DNA of 64,000 nt from Felis catus (Eukaryota), in contig NC_058382.1 of the NCBI RefSeq assembly GCF_018350175.1, positions 50,966,001 to 51,030,000 of the forward strand, given 5' to 3'. Below, piece after piece: positions 50,651 through 62,600 of this stretch. Within the stretch, counting starts at the first letter, position 1. Each line of letters begins with the position of its first letter. The translations under genes and the position numbers were made by a program. The notes under the pieces were generated by a model that was given only the letters and a program-made list of their open reading frames with translations, had not been told where the DNA came from and ran no database searches.

Positions 50651-51013
50651 CTAAAAATGGCCAAATCAATATAAACAAAATTTATTCAGTAACAGAAAAT
50701 TGCTTCTGTGCAGTTTCTCGTGTACTATGTTTTAACATAAAGGGGATAATTTACAATTATAAGCATCTGGTGACAGATTCATAGCTGTTAGTGACAGTAG
50801 AAGCTTCTAAATGAGTGTCCCGTTTTTTGAGTTTACTAATTTTTTCTTAAATAAAGTAATTATGATTGTTTAAACCCATGGTCCTAACAGACCCATATGA
50901 GGAAAGCATACTGTCTAAAAGAATTCAAAATAAAATGTAAAATAAAAGTATTTAGAATTATTTCATGAACAGAATTTTTGATTTGTTATTTCTTCTGGGA
51001 AAATTATCTTTGT

Positions 51014-51208
51014 GGGGAGCCTGGGTGGCTTAGTCAGTTAAGCGTTTGGCTTCGGCTCAGGTCATGATCTCGTGGTTTGTGAGTCTGAGCCCTGCGTCGG
51101 GCTCTCTGATGTCATTGCGGAGCCCGCTTCGGATCCTCTGTCTCCTTCTCTCTCTGTCCCTTCCCCGCTCATGCACACACTCTCTCTCTCAAATATAAAC
51201 ATGAAAAA
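51014..51208 (+). mobile_element. Can-SINE
   Basis: TSD aaaattat(c/t)ttt. Confidence 0.92.
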
Positions 51209-51480
51209 AATTATTTTTCCAACTCAATCTGAGCAAGAGGTAAGATCTTATGAAAATTTTCCTGAGGGGAAAAAAAAAACATTTGCTTTTGAGCTTTGCA
51301 AAGATGCCTGAAAACTTTCCTAAAGTTTATATGTACATCTATAATATGTATAATATTTATGATATAAGAAATGTAATAGTTACAATATCTTTTTCCATTA
51401 ACTGCCAGACCATGTCATAGGGCTTACTGGAAAGCGATGCTAATTTGGGCTCTTATCCTTCTTCTAACAAAACCATGTGA

Positions 51481-51697
51481 GGGGCGCCTGGGTGGCTCAG
51501 TCTGTTGAGCGTCCAGCTCCGGCTCAGGTCACGATCTCGCGGTTCGTAAGTTCGAGCCCCACGTTAGGCTCTGTGCTGACAGCTCAGGGCCGGGAGCCTG
51601 CTTTGAATTCTGTGTCTCCCTCTCTCTTTGCTCCTCCCCTGCTCACACTCTGTCTCTCTCTCAAAAGTAAATAGAGATTTAAAAAAAAATTTTTTTT
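51481..51697 (+). mobile_element. Can-SINE
   Basis: TSD aaacc(a/g)tgtga. Confidence 0.95.
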
Positions 51698-51780
51698 AAA
51701 CCGTGTGAAATACTGTGGACACAGACAAGTTGTTTAACTTTCCCCTGCCTTAGTATCTTATCTGTAAAAAGAAAACAACC

Positions 51781-52452
51781 TTGAGTCCAGTTGGGCTGGG
51801 ACTCTGCAAAGCACTTGTCCCCTCGGCCAGCTCTTCTCCAGTGGCTTTGCCAGTAGCAGGCACCAGAGGGAGACTGTGGGGCCAGAGGAGGAGGGATGGA
51901 CCCACTCCTTCCTGGTCGCCTCCTGTCACTTTCTCTGGCACCACTGTCTCCCTCTTGTACCCATCAGCGTGGCCCAGGCCTTGCTTCTTCACCCTGGAAG
52001 CAATGGTACATTCCTATGGCAGCATCTGAATTTAGCCTGGAATTCTCCCAACGCCTGTAGGACCAGCTTCCCCAGAGCCCCCTTCTCAGAGACACCTACA
52101 CCGAGAAGGAACAGCTGGCCTCGAAGCCCAGAATCCCAGCCTCTTGGGGCTCCCCCTAGGCTATCAGAGACATCAGCACCAGCTGAGAATGACTCTTCCT
52201 CAGAGGCCCGCATGTCAGTCCCATGAGGGTGTCGTCCAAGCGCTGGTTTTAATCATTCCAAACTCAGCCGGAGTGGTGACAGCTGCTTTCTGAAACTGCG
52301 ACCTGTGACAGCTCAGTTTTCTCTGCCTCGTAAACAGTTGCCTCGTAAACAATCCGTTATATCAAGTTCAGAATTCTTTAAATCAGATTTTTTTTTCTCT
52401 ATTAAAATAACTGATGTGACTTCAGTCTCCTTACTGGACCTCGAGAGACGTA
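51781..52452 (+). mobile_element. ERVL solo LTR (LTR41-like)
   Basis: Repeated (c/t)tctcagag...cacc motifs and a 3' end attaaaataactgatgtgacttcagtctccttactggacc. Confidence 0.55.
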
Positions 52453-53309
52453 ACAATAATCTTGATATCTCATCCCTGTGGTAAAGATCGCATTCTTTTA
52501 TTTTTCGTCACTGAGTCTGTGTCTTTACAGCAGGGATGTGGCAGGTACCATGCTAGACAGGGGATGCAGAATGTTGACCAAGACATACAAAATGACGCTG
52601 TAGAATGAAATCATTTAACAGTGCTGGACACCAGACAGAGCCTAGAAATTCAGAGAACCTTCTGGTTCTGACTCCAGTTGGAACACTTAACGGCCAAGCC
52701 TACTGAAAATAAGGCATATTACACAGGGCGGGGTGGCCAGGAAATGAAAAAACCCAGCCTCCGAGGCTTTGAAGACAGAGAGATACAAGTGAGGGAGTTT
52801 TCTAACAAGCAAATGCCACCAAGAAGTGCCGCTCGCTTCCAGGCAGCAGTGAAGGTTCTTGTCTTTATTCGCCGAGGTTGCCCCCGGCTTTTCGTTTGGC
52901 TCAGTGAAATGACACAGAGAAGGAGGCAGATTGGAAGGAGTTCCAAGAAGTTCACAAAAAATGACTCAGAGCAGGAGAGGGGCAGAGTAATGAGGCAAGA
53001 TTGCAATAACTCCATGTATTTTTATCTAGTATTCAACTAAGTGCAATTGTGACATCTAAAAATAAGTGAGGCAGAAAAAGAAAAAAAATAATTATAGGGA
53101 AGATAATATATAATAATTAACTACTGTGAAAGACTACGCTTTAAATAATGGGATACAAGGAAAGCAGGAAAAACTTGAGCTGATGATACAGACTCAATTT
53201 CCCACATCGAGGTGAGAGCAGCGTTATCATTTGAAATTCACAGCCCTTAAAAAAAATAACAGACAAAACATGTAATTATTATCTGCCAACAGTGTAGCCT
53301 GAAATGATG

Positions 53310-53549
53310 CAGTAGTGTTTCTCTGTTTCTAATTTACAAAGTTCTGCGTGTTCTTCAAGTTATCCACCCCATTCATTTCTCTTTAATTAAAGGACTCCGA
53401 AAATTCTTATAAATCTTGGGTGTGATGGTCTCTTCCTTACAGGCGCCGGCAAATGACACAAAAAAATAATGCGGTTACAAAAAATTTAAAAGTAGAGATC
53501 TCTAAAGAAGATCTGCTTTGGCGGTTTCTTTATCATTCAACAAACAAGC
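53310..53549 (-). pseudogene. Probable pseudo-exon (3' boundary uncertain)
   Basis: Acceptor ttgtttcccctggag. Frame reads ACLLNDKETAKADLL*RSLLLNFL*PHYFF...KEETITPKIYKNFRSPLIKEK*MGWIT. Confidence 0.35.
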
Positions 53550-53884
53550 CTCCAGGGGAAACAATGTATTTTATGTGTGAAGTATCATTTCTGATTTTAA
53601 AAACTAAACTTTACCACGTGAGGAGAGTGGACACAGATCGGCTCATGTTCAAGTGGCAAAAGCCAAAAGATTGTTGTTTTGTGGTAAATGGGCCAGGAAG
53701 GATCAACATTAGAAGGGACCACAGAAGGTATTTCACTCAGATATTCTCAACCTTACAAATAAATCTACTCCCAAATATTTTCCTATGTTCCTCCTGAGTC
53801 AACCCTTCCATCATATTTAAGGGTCTTTATTTAAGCTGATAATAATCCTTGTTGGTCCTCACCACAGGCACTGATAGTCCTTAC

Positions 53885-54137
53885 GTGAAATAACCTTTTA
53901 GAAATACGTCTTTAGGGCTCCCGGACATGTTCAGCATACAAGGACCTCTTTGTTACCACGAGAAAGGAGTCTACTACCGGTTTGAGTTAAATATCAGGTC
54001 ACTGTATTTGATTGACAACACAATTTCTCCGAAGTTTTGGAGCATGTTTGATTGTTTTTTTGTTCTTTACACCTCTGTCGTATTTTCTCCATTCTTCGAA
54101 AGGTCCTGGATCTAAGGTTGCATATCTTCCTTGATTC
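53885..54137 (-). pseudogene. Pseudo-exon (253 nt)
   Basis: Acceptor tttcttttccagttttcag and donor gtaagg. Phase 2->0 frame: NQGRYATLDPGPFEEWRKYDRG...CVVNQIQ*PDI*LKPVVDSFLVVTKRSLYAEHVREP*RRISKRLFH, with a CSD-like C-terminal half. Confidence 0.55.
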
Positions 54138-54689
54138 CTGAAAACTGGAAAAGAAACCTTTTCCCAAAACCACAGTAAAACACAAATGCGAAGTCGCCTT
54201 TTGATGTTTTAAGCTTTCTACTTGCATTTACAAATAAAAGTATCTCTGCACAACTTATCAATTTGTTGAGAAAAAGCGTCTTTAAAACAGAATTGTTAGG
54301 TAGAGCAAAAATTAACCAAAGGTGACTCTACATTTATAATGTCATCAGAACGACACATCTCAGAGCCTCTTGGCAATTTCTGGAGTAACTTATTTTTGTC
54401 TGGTCAGAGGCGTTCCAGGGTCATGGATGGCCGTCTGGCCTTGCTTCAGTTGAGCATGGATGGTGAAGCCTTCATCTCCTAAGGTATGAAAGGCTGTTTT
54501 CTAAGGGGTGACTCTGGCTCTGAGGGTAACTTGAATACTGGGGTTGAGTCAATCGCTCTTCTGGCCCGAAGCCAATGTCACTGCTCTCACAGAGGTCCCT
54601 AGGAGCCCCGATGAAGCCCCGTACGGCCCTGAGCACCGTCCACGGACTCACGTAATCCTAAACTTCTATAGAAGTATACAGGAAGTTGG

Positions 54690-55020
54690 TAAACTATCTC
54701 TTCCACTTCAGGGAAGAAAATGAGGCTCAGAATCCTGAAATTAATGACTAAAGTCCTACAGCACGGTATGAATGATGTGTAATGTGTATTGCGCGCTTGA
54801 TACACGTCAGTCACTAAATCAAGGGCTACCTGTGCCTGACGAGATTTAATCCTCACATCAGGCATATGAGGAAGACATTATTATTATTTTCTTATTTTAC
54901 ACAAAAGAACATTGAGGGAAAGACGAATGGTGTAATTCATTTCGGGTCACACACTTAGGATGTGGAAAGATGAGAACTCAGACGTCTGGACCTCTGAGAA
55001 TATACTCTTAACCGCTGTTA
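54690..55020 (-). mobile_element. MIR fragments
   Basis: gaagaaaatgaggctcaga; tttaatcctcaca...attattattttcttattttaca. Confidence 0.5.
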
Positions 55021-55143
55021 CATACTTGTCTGCAGCTGGTTCAACAGATAATTAAGAAATGTGGAAAGCACAAAGCAAAATGTCAAAGACTCAAACGTGA
55101 ATAAATCTCTTGTCTTCGCTCTCCTGAAGGTCACAGTCTAGTA

Positions 55144-55352
55144 CAGGGGTTGGCAAACATTTCCTGTCAAAGCCTAGATAATAAATATTTTAGGCTTAGC
55201 AGACCGTTTAATCTCCGTCACAACTATTCAGCGTTGCCACTGGGGCATGAATTCAGCCAGAGACAATATGTAAATGAATGGCTTTCGCTGTACACCAATA
55301 AAACTTTATTTACAAAAACAGGCACAGGGCCAATTTCATTTGTCTGTCTCTG
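55144..55352. mobile_element. MER58A-like hAT-Charlie element
   Basis: caggggttggcaaac...taaatattttaggctt...ccaataaaactttatttacaaaaacagg. Confidence 0.8.
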
Positions 55353-55359
55353 ATCAAGT

Positions 55360-55820
55360 GGAATAATCAACTACGTAAATGCATTACAATGTGACATATG
55401 TCCCATGAGTGTGATACATAAACCACTGCAGAGTCGCAGAAGAAGTGATTCATCCCGCCTGAGGTTATTTAGGGAAAGAAGCGTTTCAGCGACATATTTA
55501 AGCGTTAGCAAATTAATTTGGCAAGAAGGTGGGAATACTCCAGGCAGAGAGGACATCGCAAGCAAAATATCAGAGGCAGGACATTTTAGAAACAGTAGGT
55601 ATTTTAGCAAGACTGAAGTACGGGTGTATGCGAGTAATGACGGAAGAGAGAAACAGACGAGTAAATGGAGCAGAGGGGACAGTTCATGACACGCATACGC
55701 TGTAGTGCTAAGGAGTTTGAATTTTATAGGATAGAAGATGAAGAGATATTGAAAACTCTTTAAAACAGAAGCAACATCATTAGACTTATATTTTAAAAAA
55801 CTGAGTAATTCTGCAGGAGG
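55360..55820 (-). mobile_element. L2 fragment
   Basis: gggaatactccaggcagagagga...taaggagtttgaattttat...ttagacttatattttaaaaa. Confidence 0.55.
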
Positions 55821-56369
55821 ATTTTCTTCCAAGGAAAAAATGTGATAAAACATACTCAAAAGGCAACATCTTTGTACGGGCCAGATCCAAGTTTTAGAAT
55901 TATAATTTAACTTCCAGAAATACACTAATCCGTTGTAGACAGAAACAATAAAAAACAAATAAATAGAAGCACAACGTTGGCTTCTGTAACTTGTGGTGCT
56001 ATTATACCTTTTTTTTAGAAAAATGCCCTGAAGCTACACTTTTTATTTAATTAATCTTTGTGTCTTAAATCCATATATTGTTTTTATGTTGTTCATGAAT
56101 AGGACATTTGTTTAGTAAGTTTTCTCTGTTTCAGTCCAAGTGAAAATGTTTACTAGAAGTTTGTATTTACAAAAAGTCTCTCTTGTACCACCATTTAGAA
56201 ATATATTTTACAATATTAATTTTGGCACATTATGCTTGTATTTTGTTCTAAGTCCACCTTAAATGTAATTCAAAATAGATCAAATGAAGGGTATGGACAA
56301 AATAGCAGTGACATAGAAGTTAGGACATGTGAGAGCTCTTTAGACCCTGCCATCCCTCAGCTATCTCAC

Positions 56370-56453
56370 CTTGACTTTACTAATTCTCGAACCAAAAAGC
56401 AGATTACATGCTATAACAACGCATCAGAGTGTTTCCAAAAGCAAAGATAGTTT
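56370..56453 (-). pseudogene. Pseudo-exon (84 nt)
   Basis: Acceptor ttcccacatattcacag and donor gtgaga. Phase 2->2 frame NYLCFWKHSDALL*HVICFLVRELVKS matches the phase of the 61108-61302 exon. Confidence 0.55.
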
Positions 56454-56582
56454 CTGTGAATATGTGGGAATTGGCAAATTCAACCCTATTTTTCTGGCTT
56501 CAAATTATTAATTTTCCCGTTTTCTTTTCGCTAACAAGCAAATCCTTTCCAACTAGACAGACCCGCGCGCCCGCATGTGTGT

Positions 56583-56583
<1 letters not shown>

Positions 56584-56623
<40 letters not shown>
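56584..56623. repeat. (CA)n microsatellite
   Basis: Direct inspection. Confidence 0.95.
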
Positions 56624-56624
<1 letters not shown>

Positions 56625-57379
56625 TTTCCAAATGAAACATTAGAAATTAAAATGAGAACCCTCTATGAGTTGCTCTAATGGGTGGAAAAATTAATTGTCA
56701 TTTGCAACAAACTTGTGGAAAGGTCAGTAGAACCTGTCACAGTTTTCTTAGATTCCCTATGACTCCCCAAACCATGGAAGAATACAAGAGTATTTTCAAC
56801 AGAACTAATATAAAATCACAAGGGTTTTTAAAAAACCTACTAATTAAAACAACTGTCCCCTCTTATCATAAGCTATGACTTAAGTTAATCTCAATTTAAG
56901 CCCAACACTGTTTTGGAGCCCAGGTCTTGGCACTGACAAAAGGTGTCACTGCTTAAAAGTCAACAGTACAAATACTAATTAGATGTAGCATTTTTCGCAA
57001 CAGGATTCCTAACCTAAAGCATAAACAGGCTAATAACTGTTTTGAAAAAAATCTCTCCTCTCTCCCAGGGCAGGTATGGTGACTTGAGGAAAAATTCTCC
57101 ATGAGCCTGTTAAAATGGTACAAAACCTTGATTGATTTTGTTAATGTTAAATCAAAACTGCATTCCAGAGATAAACTCTACTTTTTCATCATACATTATC
57201 TTGTTGATAGAGTCCTGAACTCAAATTGCTAATATTTCATCAAGGATGTGTGCAGCTATGTTTATAAGAGATAGGAGTCTGTAATTTTCTTTTCTTGTAA
57301 TGTCTTTGATGTCAGAGGATTGCTGGCCTCATGAATCAAATTGGGAAGTGTTCCCTCCTCCTCTAACTCCTGAAGGAGA

Positions 57380-57565
57380 AGGGCACCTGGGTGACTCAAT
57401 CAGTTAAGTGTCTGACTTTGGCTCAGGTCATGATGGCTATGTTTGTGACTTCAAGCTCCGCATCAGGCTCTCTGTTGTCAGCACGGAACCTGCTTTGGAT
57501 CCTCTGTCCCCTCCTTTCTCTGCCCCTCCCCTGCTCACGCACATCTTTAAAAAATAAAAAAAATA
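57380..57565 (+). mobile_element. Can-SINE inside L1
   Basis: Head gggcacctgggtgactcaa. Confidence 0.9.
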
Positions 57566-57729
57566 ATTCCTGTAGAATTTGTACTATTGGGTGTTCTTTC
57601 CTGCTTCAATGTTTGATAGAATCCAACAAGTGAGACTCCTTCTGTTTTGAGTGTGCACATCTGTGTGTATCCGAAGGTTTTTTAGAACATATGTGTATCC
57701 GAAGGTTTTTTAGAACTCAAATCACTTAA

Positions 57730-57741
57730 TGTGTGTGTGCA

Positions 57742-57774
<33 letters not shown>

Positions 57775-57793
57775 CTGTCTGTCTGTCTGTCTG
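57730..57793. repeat. (TG)n/(TCTG)n compound microsatellite
   Basis: Direct inspection. Confidence 0.9.
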
Positions 57794-59760
57794 ATTTCAT
57801 TTTGTGTCAGTTGGGTAAGTTCTGGCTTTTATGTTTTTATATATTTTGGGTTTTCAGATTTATTGGCATTAAAATGTTTGTAATGTTCACTTATCTTTTT
57901 TTTTCACTTATCTTTTTAATATCTGTAGGATCAACAGCAATAGCTCTTCTCTTATCCATGACATTGAAAGTTTATGGTCTTTCTTTTGTGTGAAACCCTT
58001 CTCAAATGAGTTTCCATGAGAATGTTAAGGCCCAAAATACCCAATGAATGTAATGTATTAACTGATCTATATACTAGAATGACAGCAACTATGGACCATC
58101 TTTGGGACAATTAAAACAGTCCCTACATTGTCCCTACTGTTTAATTCTCTCATGGAAATTTGCTTGATAAAGTCTCCTCTAGGATATATTTCCCTTAACT
58201 TATCACAGTCTGTTCTTCACATAAAATACAAAGACACCAAAACAGTGGAGTCCCATTTGGCACCATCATTTGTGGACTGTCACATTTTTATTCCACTATG
58301 ATCCTGATAAGATCATATTATCTTGTTTAAACACTTCTACTTCTTTGAAAAAATTAACGGAATAAAAATATTTTATATTTTCCCACATATTTACAATTTC
58401 TTTTCATTCCTACCTAGAGTTGTTAGCTTCCCGTCTTCGGTCACTTGCTTTTTATCCAGAAGAATCTACCATTTCTTGGGGTCCTGATCTAAGTGTTTTC
58501 ATTTATCTGAAAAATGTCTTCATTTCACCTTGGTTTTTGAAGGAGGTCGTTGGTCTACGTAAAATTCCAACTGAACGTTATTTTCTTTAAGCATTTTTTA
58601 AACGTCACATTGCCTTCTGATTTCTTTTGGTGAGGAAATCAGTCGTCATTTTATATTTTTGTTCCCCTTACGTAACGTGTCATTTTTCTTTTGCTGCTTT
58701 TAACAGTTCCTCGACATCTTCGGTTGTTAACATTTTGACTGTCACGTGTTCGGCTGAGCTTTTCTTTGCATTCATCCTGTTTGGTGTTTGCTAAGCATGA
58801 TGGACCGATACGTCTGTGGTTTTCACCAAACTTTGGAAACTTAGCCATTGCATTTCCCTCAAATACTTCTTGTCCCATTCTTTCCTCCTCTCCTGGGGCT
58901 CAAATTGCACATATGTTATATCACTTGATATGTCCCATGAATCACTGAGGGGCTGTTCAAATCTTTCATCTTGTTTCTCTCTGTTCTTCAGAATAGATAT
59001 TTTCTTTGTTAGATCTACAAATTCACTGACCCATTCTTCTCCTACTATCAGGATATTCTTACAGCCATCCAGTCAATGTTCCATGTCACATGCTTGACTT
59101 TTAAGCTCTAGAATCATTTGATTCTACTTCAGAGTTTGTAATTCTCTGCTTAAGATGTTCTCATCTCTCATTATGGCTGTAATTCCCTTTAAGTTCTTGA
59201 AAATACATTTATAGTATGTATTTTAAAGTTTTTACCTCTCAATTACAGTATTTGAGTTATCTTGTCATGAGTCATTACATACTCTATCTTTTCTGGATTT
59301 TGTGTCATATTTTCCTATTTCTACACATGTCTAATTTTTTTGTATTATATTGAAGATACTGTTCACGATATGTTAGGGACTCTGGAATCTGGTTCTCTTC
59401 CTTGAAGTGCTGATTTCTGTCTTAGCAAACAGTTAACTTGGCCTAACTTAAACTTCCACCACTGTCTCCCTGAGTTAAAATCTCTGCTTAGTTCTTTCAG
59501 GCTTTCTGCTGTTGCTGGCAACTTTGGTGGCATCTCCCCTATACATGCAAAGTTCAAGGGTAAGGACAAGGATTTGGGGGCTTCCCTTCCATAGGTTCCT
59601 TCTTTCTGGGATTTCTCACCTCCTGTCCTCGCAAGTAAGAATCCTCTAACTCCCATTTCACTGACTGTAAACCAGCAAGACTGTGGCTTTCTTCGCAAGG
59701 TCTTGGTCCGATATAAAACATAATTAGCAGAACCCATCATATTCAGAGAATTTCTTTTTT

Positions 59761-59991
59761 CTTTTTTTTTTTTTTTTTAATTTTTTTTCGACATTTATTT
59801 ATTTTTGGGACAGAGAGAGACAGAGCATGAACGGGGGAGGGGCAGAGAGAGAGGGAGACACAGAATCGGAAACAGGCTCCAGGCTCTGAGCCATCAGCCC
59901 AGAGCCCGACGCGGGGCTCGAACTCACGGACCGCGAGATCATGACCTGGCTGAAGTCGGACGCTTAACCGACTGCGCCACCCAGGCGCCCC
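59761..59991 (-). mobile_element. Young cat-type Can-SINE
   Basis: Perfect 17-bp TSD cagagaatttctttttt and a long T tract. Confidence 0.97.
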
Positions 59992-60166
59992 CAGAGAATT
60001 TCTTTTTTCAAAGACCATTTACTTATCTGTTTCTGACCACATTTGGTCATTCTCTAGTCCACTCAAATATTACTTTCTCATATTGGTTTAGAGTTATAAT
60101 TGCTATCTGCTGAAGTATTAGTCTAAGACAAGCTACTTAGTCATTACTAGGAGTCATTCATATACC

Positions 60167-60381
60167 TTTTTTTAAAAAAAATGTTTTTGAGAGAGACAGA
60201 CAGAGAGAGCGCATGCATACACATGAATGGGGGCGGGGTAGAGAGAGAGAGGGACAGGCGATCTGAAGCGGGCTCTGCACTGACCGCAGCAAGCCTGATG
60301 CGGGGCTCAAGCTCACGAACTGTGAGATCGTGACCTGAGCCAAAATCAGATGCTCAACCGACTGGGCCACCCAGGTGCCCC
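60167..60381 (-). mobile_element. Can-SINE
   Basis: Reverse head ccaggtgcccc. Confidence 0.9.
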
Positions 60382-61107
60382 AACATAGACCCCATTTTTA
60401 TAGCCTTACACACAGAAGTAATTCAGAGGATATTTTGTTGAGTGGATTTAGGTCTTCCTAGGACAGTCTTGTTTTTTTTTTTTTTTTTCCAATTTTCTGA
60501 TTTAAAAAATAGGAGATTTCTATACCTTAAACCCTTGTGTTGCTCTTTATACTCTGATCTGTCCCATTTCTCTTGCCTGTATTCTTTTACTAACATTCAC
60601 CTGCCATCCTTCCTCTCAACTCTTAGCTCGCCAACGTATCTTTCATAATGGCTAATTTACATGTCTAAAAAACGCAACCATGATGATTCCCAACCTCACC
60701 TCAAATTAAAAAACCTTTGTTAACGATCATAGCCAGAACAAAAAAGACACCTGATTTTTAAAGTTAGTAAGTCATGTATTGCCTCCCCAATTCAGATTCC
60801 AAATGAACTTCTCTCTCTTTTATGCCTCACACACCCTGAATTCAAGCCACCCCGTCCTACCTCATTCAATATATCCTGTATCCTCCCCACTCCGCACCCT
60901 CCCTCATCATTTCCTACTCGCCAAGTATGCTAATCTTCTCCAGTTAAAAATAACATTTCCCCTGTAAAGCCTTGGAATTAATCATACTAGGGACTGAATA
61001 AGCACTTTTGAGCCCTTATTAGGCTCCTTTATCATATTCATCTTCTGTCTTGTAGTTCAGCACAATTCTCCTCCCACCTTTATAAGCATCTTGTAGGAAG
61101 AAATTAC

Positions 61108-61302
61108 ATTTTATTAATCTGTGTTTCCAGGATAGAGCTACGTGGATGGTCCTGCCGATTCTCTGATGCCACTTCAAAGTGGCCCCCTTCACACAATCGG
61201 ACCCCAGGGAGCGCCACCACAGAGCAGAAGACGAATACCCGCTCCCACTCCAAGCGGGAGAACTCATTTGGTCCTTCACCGTGCGTGTTCAGCAAATGCC
61301 CG
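61108..61302 (-). pseudogene. Pseudo-exon (195 nt), best-preserved cold-shock-domain-like segment
   Basis: Acceptor aattgtgttcag and donor gtaatt. Stop-free phase 2->2 frame: GHLLNTHGEGPNEFSRLEWERVFVFCSVVALPGVRLCEGGHFEVASENRQDHPRSSILETQINK. This resembles the CSD core DVFVHQS...GFRSLKEGEAVEF. Confidence 0.6.
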
Positions 61303-61444
61303 CTGAACACAATTACAATGACTCACGCCACGTTTTAATAAAGTTAAAGGGACGTGATGACCCCTCTCCATGTCCCGCATCTATCATATTCTCAGGCCCC
61401 ACATATCTAATAGATATCCTAGAAATTATTACTGCGCTCTTTAC

Positions 61445-61544
61445 CATCTCCTGGTTTATCGAGTTGCCAACTTGAAATATGGACATTCAGACAGCAAAGT
61501 TTCACTGCCGGTTTGTCTCCCTTCCATCCCAAGCATCGGTATGG
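61445..61544 (-). pseudogene. Pseudo-exon (100 nt)
   Basis: Long poly-T acceptor ending ttttag, donor gtaaag, and a 92-nt intron upstream. Phase 1->2 frame: IPMLGMEGRQTGSETLLSECPYFKLATR*TRR. Confidence 0.55.
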
Positions 61545-61575
<31 letters not shown>

Positions 61576-61636
61576 CAAAAAAACAACAACAAACAAAAAC
61601 CGAAGAGCTCGGTTTCCTGTCTGGATCTGGTCTTAC

Positions 61637-61693
61637 CCAGACACACAGTTCCGAGTATGTTCCCAGCTGAAAGTAACCTCGTGTTCAGGGAAA
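61637..61693 (-). pseudogene. Pseudo-exon (57 nt)
   Basis: Acceptor cttttctgcttttaaag and donor gtaaga. Phase 1->1 frame is open: SLNTRLLSAGNILGTVCL. Confidence 0.55.
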
Positions 61694-62063
61694 CTTTAAA
61701 AGCAGAAAAGGTGAGACGATGAAAGAAGTTAATGCTTCACTGAAAAAAATAAAAAGGCATCACCAAACCTGTTCAACTTTTTGCCACAAACAACAGACAC
61801 CAGGAAAAACTAAAGCACGATTAGCAAAAGCAATCTAAATGCATTTCCCCAGCCTCCTCTGCGTGAGAAGCGGCCACAAGCCCAGTTCTTCCCCACAGGG
61901 TAGACACCAATGACCCATCTTCCTGTTAAGAGGGAGAGCTGAGGCTGGTGTCCCTGTCCCTTTTCCTTTCATCGGTGAAGGCAGACAGAGGATCTGCAGC
62001 GCGGGAGCATCTACTCTACAAACAACACAACACCAAACAAATCCGACGAGTGTCAGCTTTTAC

Positions 62064-62193
62064 GCGATTCAACAGTTGAACTAACTCCAACAGCCACTTC
62101 CCCCTGGAGCTTTCCGTTGCAGGAGAAAAGTAAACCTCGATTTGCTGAGTCGATCGTATTCAGGTCTTCTGTCACTTGCAGCGATATCCATTT
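62064..62193 (-). pseudogene. Pseudo-exon (130 nt; donor uncertain)
   Basis: Acceptor catttttgttcatttag and donor gtaaaa. Stop-free phase 0->1 frame: KWISLQVTEDLNTIDSANRGLLFSCNGKLQGEVAVGVSSTVES. Confidence 0.5.
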
Positions 62194-62269
62194 CTAAATG
62201 AACAAAAATGTGACCTAACAGGACCTGAGTTGTCTTGTGCCCCAAACACTGTCCTCAGCGCTTCTGTTC

Positions 62270-62600
62270 ATTTTCTTTAATCCTTCTGTTAATACATCAT
62301 ATCTCCGTCTTTCGGTTGGATAAATTGAGACTCAGGAAATGCAGCGACCAAGCGAGTAGTGAAGAGTATGGACTTGGATATCAAACACACCAACACTCAA
62401 CCCCTGGAACTTGCCACTTCTTATCTAAGTGACAGTGAGCATGGCATCCCTTTAAACTTTAGCTTCTTAATCTGGAAAGCAAGTCCCTTTTTATAAGGTG
62501 GTTTTGGGGACGAAGGGAGATAATGTACATAAGGTGCCAAAGAAGGACATGACACCTAATTAGTGACGAAGAAATATTATCCATTTTCATTATTTTTCCT
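62270..62600. mobile_element. MIR fragments
   Basis: gataaattgagactcagg...; tgccacttcttatcta...ttcttaatctggaaa...gataatgtacataaggtgc. Confidence 0.5.

Larger units (their letters stand above)
57120..60140 (-). mobile_element. Old L1 fragments (ORF2 and ORF1/5' parts) interrupted by SINEs and microsatellites
   Basis: T-rich; tgctggcctcat...ttgggaagtgttccctcctc; tttatctgaaaaatgtcttcatttcacctt; ttcttcagaatagatattttct. Confidence 0.65.

Noticed and set aside
53453..53797. 114-aa plus-strand ORF preceded by an acceptor-like site
   Set aside because: There are no partner plus-strand exons; it is better explained as antisense overlap with minus-strand pseudo-exons.
55371..55958. 195-aa minus-strand ORF
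   Set aside because: It lies mostly within an L2 fragment, and its Leu/Ser/Phe-rich composition is typical of a chance ORF.
2039..60370. Many short ORFs reading MAQSVK/GAWVAQ..., and tRNA-like A/B boxes
   Set aside because: All are translations or heads of tRNA-derived Can-SINEs, not genes or tRNAs.
61285..61310. 9-bp perfect hairpin GTGTTCAGC-N8-GCTGAACAC
   Set aside because: It is too short for a miRNA or structured RNA call, overlaps a splice acceptor and could occur by chance in 64 kb.
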